Shown here piece by piece: positions 60,734 to 64,000 of a stretch of 64,000 nt of DNA. A program made the translations under genes and the position numbers. The notes below the pieces were generated by a model that saw only the letters and a program-made list of their open reading frames with translations, made no database searches and was not told the origin of the DNA. This DNA is from an uncultured Gemmatimonadales bacterium (GTDB lineage: Bacteria; Gemmatimonadota; Gemmatimonadetes; Gemmatimonadales; GWC2-71-9): assembly GCA_963821525.1 (NCBI GenBank), contig CAWGED010000019.1, positions 652,449 to 716,448 on the forward strand. Reading direction: 5' to 3'. Each line of letters begins with the position of its first letter. Within the stretch, counting starts at the first letter, position 1.

Positions 60734-61462
60734 TCATTTCCGGGTTCCGACGTGAATCGCGGCGATGCCGCCCAGGACGAGGCGGTAGTTCACGTCGCAG
60801 AATCCCTGAGTCGCAATTCGGGCTGAAAGCTCATCCGGTCCTGGAAACGCGAGCACCGAATCAGGCAGATAGGTATACGCGTCGCGATGTCGTGAGATGA
60901 GCCGGCCGATCAGCGGAAGCACTCGCCTGAAATAGAAGAAGTACAAGGAACGCATCGGTTCTCGCGGCGGGGTCGTGAATTCCAGGATCACGAACCTTGC
61001 ACCCTTCTTGAGCACCCGCGCCGCCTCCGCCAGGCCCTGGTCCAGATCTGCCAGGTTGCGCACACCGAATCCGACGGTCGCTCCGTCAAACACCCCGCTA
61101 TTGAATGGAAGCTCCAGGGCATCGGCGTTGAGAGGCAGGACCCGGTCGGATTTCTCGCGACCCAGCTGGAGCATGGGGAGGACGAAGTCCGCCCCGATCA
61201 CCCGGCCGTCAAATCCCCGTTGACCGCCGAGGGCCGCCGCCAGGTCCAGAGTCCCCGCGCACAAATCGAGGAACAAGCCCTTGGGTGCCCGTCGCCAGTC
61301 CAGCCTCGCCACGGCTTGTCGCCGCCAGGTGGTATCCACGTTGAGACTGAGCAAGTGATTGAGAAAGTCGTAGCGGGGGGCGATGGAAGTGAACATCGCG
61401 CGGACGTACGACCGCTTCTCAGCGCCGGGCTGGAGGGGTAACTTACTATCTGTGGCTAACAT
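60734..61462 (-). CDS. ubiE: demethylmenaquinone/ubiquinone C-methyltransferase
   Basis: VRAMFTSIAPRYDFLNHLLSL is the UbiE/MenG signature. SAM motif LDLCAGTLD. Confidence 0.9.
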   Translation of the reverse strand: MLATDSKLPLQPGAEKRSYVRAMFTSIAPRYDFLNHLLSLNVDTTWRRQAVARLDWRRAPKGLFLDLCAGTLDLAAALGGQRGFDGRVIGADFVLPMLQLGREKSDRVLPLNADALELPFNSGVFDGATVGFGVRNLADLDQGLAEAARVLKKGARFVILEFTTPPREPMRSLYFFYFRRVLPLIGRLISRHRDAYTYLPDSVLAFPGPDELSARIATQGFCDVNYRLVLGGIAAIHVGTRK

Positions 61463-61515
61463 AGGCGCGCAATGTAGTCCCCGGCGAACCGGCTCCGCAA
61501 GCCGACGGCTGGCCC

Positions 61516-62118
61516 ATGGCTGAGCCGCGGGAACTCGTCACTCTCACCGATCAGGAAGTCGTTGCCCTCGCCCGGGACGGCCGCGAAGCCGCCTACCGCG
61601 AGTTGATCCGCAGATACGAGCGCCCGGTGTTCTCGCTGGTCCTTCGGATGGTGCGTGATCGGCAACTCGCGGAAGACCTTTCTCAAGAAACCTTCATCAA
61701 AGCGCTCAACGCGATTGGATCGTACCGGCCGGAGTACAAATTCTCCAGCTGGATCTTCAAGATCGCGAACAATGCCGCGATCGATCATCTGAGACGTCGC
61801 GAGCTGGACACCCTGTCGCTCGACGGGGCGCCGCACGCTGCGACACCGGAAGAAATCGAAGCCACGGCCCTCCAGGTGGGAGACAAGGGGGAAACGCCTC
61901 TCGAAGAACTCGAGGCTCGTGAGCTGGGCAGCGCCATCGAGCGTGCCATCGCGCAACTCCGACCGGAGTATCGCGCCTGCATTCTGCTGCGTCATGTCGA
62001 GGGTCTGGCGTATGAAGAAATCGCCCAATCGCTCGACCTGCCGCTCGGTACTGTGAAGACCTATATCCATCGTGCTCGACACGAACTCAGAGACCTTCTC
62101 GCACATCTGAAACAGTGA
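61516..62118 (+). CDS. ECF-type RNA polymerase sigma factor
   Basis: Region 2: DLSQETFIKAL...WIFKIANNAAIDHLR. Region 4: ILLRHVEGLAYEEIAQSLDLPLGTVKTYIHRAR. Confidence 0.9.
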   Translation: MAEPRELVTLTDQEVVALARDGREAAYRELIRRYERPVFSLVLRMVRDRQLAEDLSQETFIKALNAIGSYRPEYKFSSWIFKIANNAAIDHLRRRELDTLSLDGAPHAATPEEIEATALQVGDKGETPLEELEARELGSAIERAIAQLRPEYRACILLRHVEGLAYEEIAQSLDLPLGTVKTYIHRARHELRDLLAHLKQ

Positions 62119-62155
62119 AACCCATGTCCACACCCCGCCGTAAAGCCACGCGTCT

Positions 62156-62950
62156 ATGACCGATCACACCTTGCACTTGCGCCCCGACGAGCTGGACCTG
62201 CTTCTGGAAGGCAGGCTCCCTACTGATCGGACGTCACACATCGAAACGTGCGAGGAATGCCGCTCTGCTTTGGATGAATTGCGGGACGTAGTGGCGCAGT
62301 TGAATGCCCTCCCGGCGCTGGAGCCGCCTGCGGGATTTTCCGAACTCGTGATGGCCTCGGTGCGAGTCACACCGCTTGCGGTTGGACAGCACCTCACTGC
62401 CGATGATCTCGACGCGTGGCTCGCCGGGGCGTTGCACCAGGAGGGACGGAATCACCTTTGGGCCTGCACCGAATGCCGGCAACTGGCGGACGCTGAGCGC
62501 GCCCTGGTTTATCGGCTGGAACAGCTCCCGCTTTTCCAGCCTGGAGCGCGTTTCGAAGAGCGTGTGATGGCCAAGGTGGCGATCCCGAAGAGTTGGCGCT
62601 CGCGGATCTTCGCCAGCCGGCGTTCGGTTGCCTTGGCGGCGGGACTGGGCAGTCTGGTCGTTGGATCGATGGGTGCAAGCGTGGCATGGAGTCTTACCCA
62701 CCAGGATACTCTGGCCGCGCTGGGTACCTGGGCCACTACGGTTGCGACCCAATGGACCCTGGCAGCAGCACAGGGCATTGGCTCCCGCATCCTCGCGCAG
62801 CCCTGGGTCCTGGAGCTTCGCTCCGCGGCGAGCCCGGGCCGGATAGCAGCGCTCACCGCGGGAGCGACCGCTCTTTATACTGGCGGTCTCTTCGCGATGC
62901 GCCGGCTCCTGGCCTTGCCCGCTCCGCGAGTGGCTCGTGCCCTTCCATAA
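62156..62950 (+). CDS. zinc-finger anti-sigma factor with C-terminal membrane segments
   Basis: HIETCEECRSAL (HxxxCxxC) is followed by a second HLWACTECRQL copy. The C-terminus is hydrophobic. Confidence 0.75.
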   Translation: MTDHTLHLRPDELDLLLEGRLPTDRTSHIETCEECRSALDELRDVVAQLNALPALEPPAGFSELVMASVRVTPLAVGQHLTADDLDAWLAGALHQEGRNHLWACTECRQLADAERALVYRLEQLPLFQPGARFEERVMAKVAIPKSWRSRIFASRRSVALAAGLGSLVVGSMGASVAWSLTHQDTLAALGTWATTVATQWTLAAAQGIGSRILAQPWVLELRSAASPGRIAALTAGATALYTGGLFAMRRLLALPAPRVARALP

Positions 62951-64000
62951 GAGAGCGCTGATTCTTGGTCTCGGGTGGGCGCTGGTCCTGGCCCGCCCGG
63001 TTCATGCTGCGTGCGACCCTGACGACAGATTCACCGACACGTTCTCCGCCTCAATCACATTCTTCCGCCAGTTGTTCCACGACGAACCCCCTCGGGTGGT
63101 TCGGGATCACATCGTCTCGATTTCTTCGCAGGCCAGCTCCCTCACCTTCGAGTACGAGGATGGAGGAACCCTGCGCATCTCCCTGCACGACGGGCAGCTG
63201 CAGATCGATGATCGGGTGGTGGGCCGGTTCCCTCAGGGTGGTGCGCTGGAGACGAGTTGGCGGCAGTTCGTCCTCGAAGCAGCGCGGATCGGGACGGGAG
63301 AAGTTCTGACCCTCGCCAGAGACTGGCAGCCGGATGGACTGAGTCGCGATGAGCAGGGTCTCGTCTCACTGGTGCAGGAGCGGCTCGCCGCGCTGAGCGC
63401 GCCAGAAGCCGGAGCCGGGCTGCCACAGGCCGTGCCGCCAGCCGACGCCGGCGGTCTGGTCATCGATATCTCGGACCTGAGCGATCCTGATCATCTCGAG
63501 CCGCTCTTCCGCCGGGCAGCGGGACTCGAGGGCACTGGGTTGCGGGTGACCGTGCCGGGAGGCCAGGCCCGCGCCGGTCACTTCAGCATCGGCTCCGGCG
63601 AGACCGTGAAGGGACCGTTGCTGGTGATCCGGGGCGACGCGGATGTATTCGGAACGCTCGAGGGAAATCTCGCCACCGTAGACGGCAACGTGACAGTGTA
63701 TCCCGGGGCGGTCGTAACCGGAGACGTCCTCGCCGTAGCCGGTGACGTGCGCGATCGTGGCGGGGAAATCCGTGGGGAGATTCGAACCCTCCGAGCCCAA
63801 CCCACTCCCCCTCAGCCTACTCCGCCTCCCGAACCCGCACCAAGCCGTCTCGGGCTCACCGCGCGCAATGCCGCAGGGCTCGCCGGTGTCTTCATCACTC
63901 TGCTGCTGATCGGGACCGGCATGGTGATGTTCGCGAGACCGCCGCTGGAAGTGGTCTCGGATACCGTGGCGCACTCCTTCGGGCGGGCATTCCTGGTGGG
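62937..64000 (+). CDS. bactofilin-like (polymer-forming beta-helix repeat) protein with signal peptide and C-terminal TM segment, partial
   Basis: The frame-0 reading from the GTG at 62937 stays open to the window end, so it is not in the ORF track. MPFHKRALILGLGWALVLARPVHA. GETVKGPLLVIRGDADVFGTLEGNLATVDGNVTVYPGAVVTGDVLAVAGDV. A Pro-rich linker is followed by a TM helix. Confidence 0.65.
   Translation, partial: MPFHKRALILGLGWALVLARPVHAACDPDDRFTDTFSASITFFRQLFHDEPPRVVRDHIVSISSQASSLTFEYEDGGTLRISLHDGQLQIDDRVVGRFPQGGALETSWRQFVLEAARIGTGEVLTLARDWQPDGLSRDEQGLVSLVQERLAALSAPEAGAGLPQAVPPADAGGLVIDISDLSDPDHLEPLFRRAAGLEGTGLRVTVPGGQARAGHFSIGSGETVKGPLLVIRGDADVFGTLEGNLATVDGNVTVYPGAVVTGDVLAVAGDVRDRGGEIRGEIRTLRAQPTPPQPTPPPEPAPSRLGLTARNAAGLAGVFITLLLIGTGMVMFARPPLEVVSDTVAHSFGRAFLV

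Noticed and set aside
62965-63309. 114-aa + ORF from the track, immediately after the anti-sigma gene
   Set aside because: It is Ser/Arg/Trp-rich and motif-free. The overlapping frame-0 reading from 62937 gives a signal peptide and a bactofilin-like repeat block, and it stays open to the window end.

Overview
This is a visibly GC-rich bacterial chromosomal segment, and almost all of it is housekeeping. I found no prophage, CRISPR array, defence island or transposase.

**Gene order, left to right**
- zwf-gnd-glk on the minus strand.
- An Omp85-like outer-membrane protein, then tRNA-Leu(UAG).
- An S8 lipoprotein protease bounded by a degenerate copy of the tRNA 3-prime half.
- tig-clpP-clpX, with clpX open in frame into an EngB GTPase.
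- A minus-strand porin / FMN-binding / membrane protein / ApbE operon with a near-consensus Fur box upstream.
- A hybrid histidine kinase.
- A minus-strand his cluster: hisC-hisB-hisH-NUDIX-hisF, followed by a secreted beta-helix protein.
- An orphan GspE/PilB-type ATPase fused to a receiver domain.
- trpE followed by an FHA-GAF-adenylate cyclase, then maf and dtd.
- An MBL hydrolase followed by two tandem membrane-anchored paralogues.
- glmM-glmS, a REC-HD-GYP protein, a Cys/Met PLP enzyme, an M48 peptidase, purD and a cupredoxin.
- A MASE1-PAS kinase with a receiver protein.
- fpg followed by a UvrC N-half homologue, then a GWxTD protein.
- ubiE, a UbiA-type prenyltransferase and ubiX.
- An ECF sigma / anti-sigma / bactofilin-like module at the right edge.

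**Two window-wide signals**
1. At least 14 gene junctions carry imperfect palindromes whose arms are tandem heptanucleotide arrays. One further in-frame copy forms the ClpX-EngB linker. The heptamer sequence differs between loci and falls into a few subfamilies, and the elements often overlap start or stop codons.
2. About 18 single-nucleotide frame breaks fall inside otherwise well-conserved genes. Eight of them lie between 51 and 57.7 kb. Assembly indels are the most likely cause, and these genes are annotated here as disrupted as sequenced.

The taxon cannot be established from this window alone. The gene content is compatible with a Gemmatimonadota-like or FCB-group soil bacterium, which is inference only.
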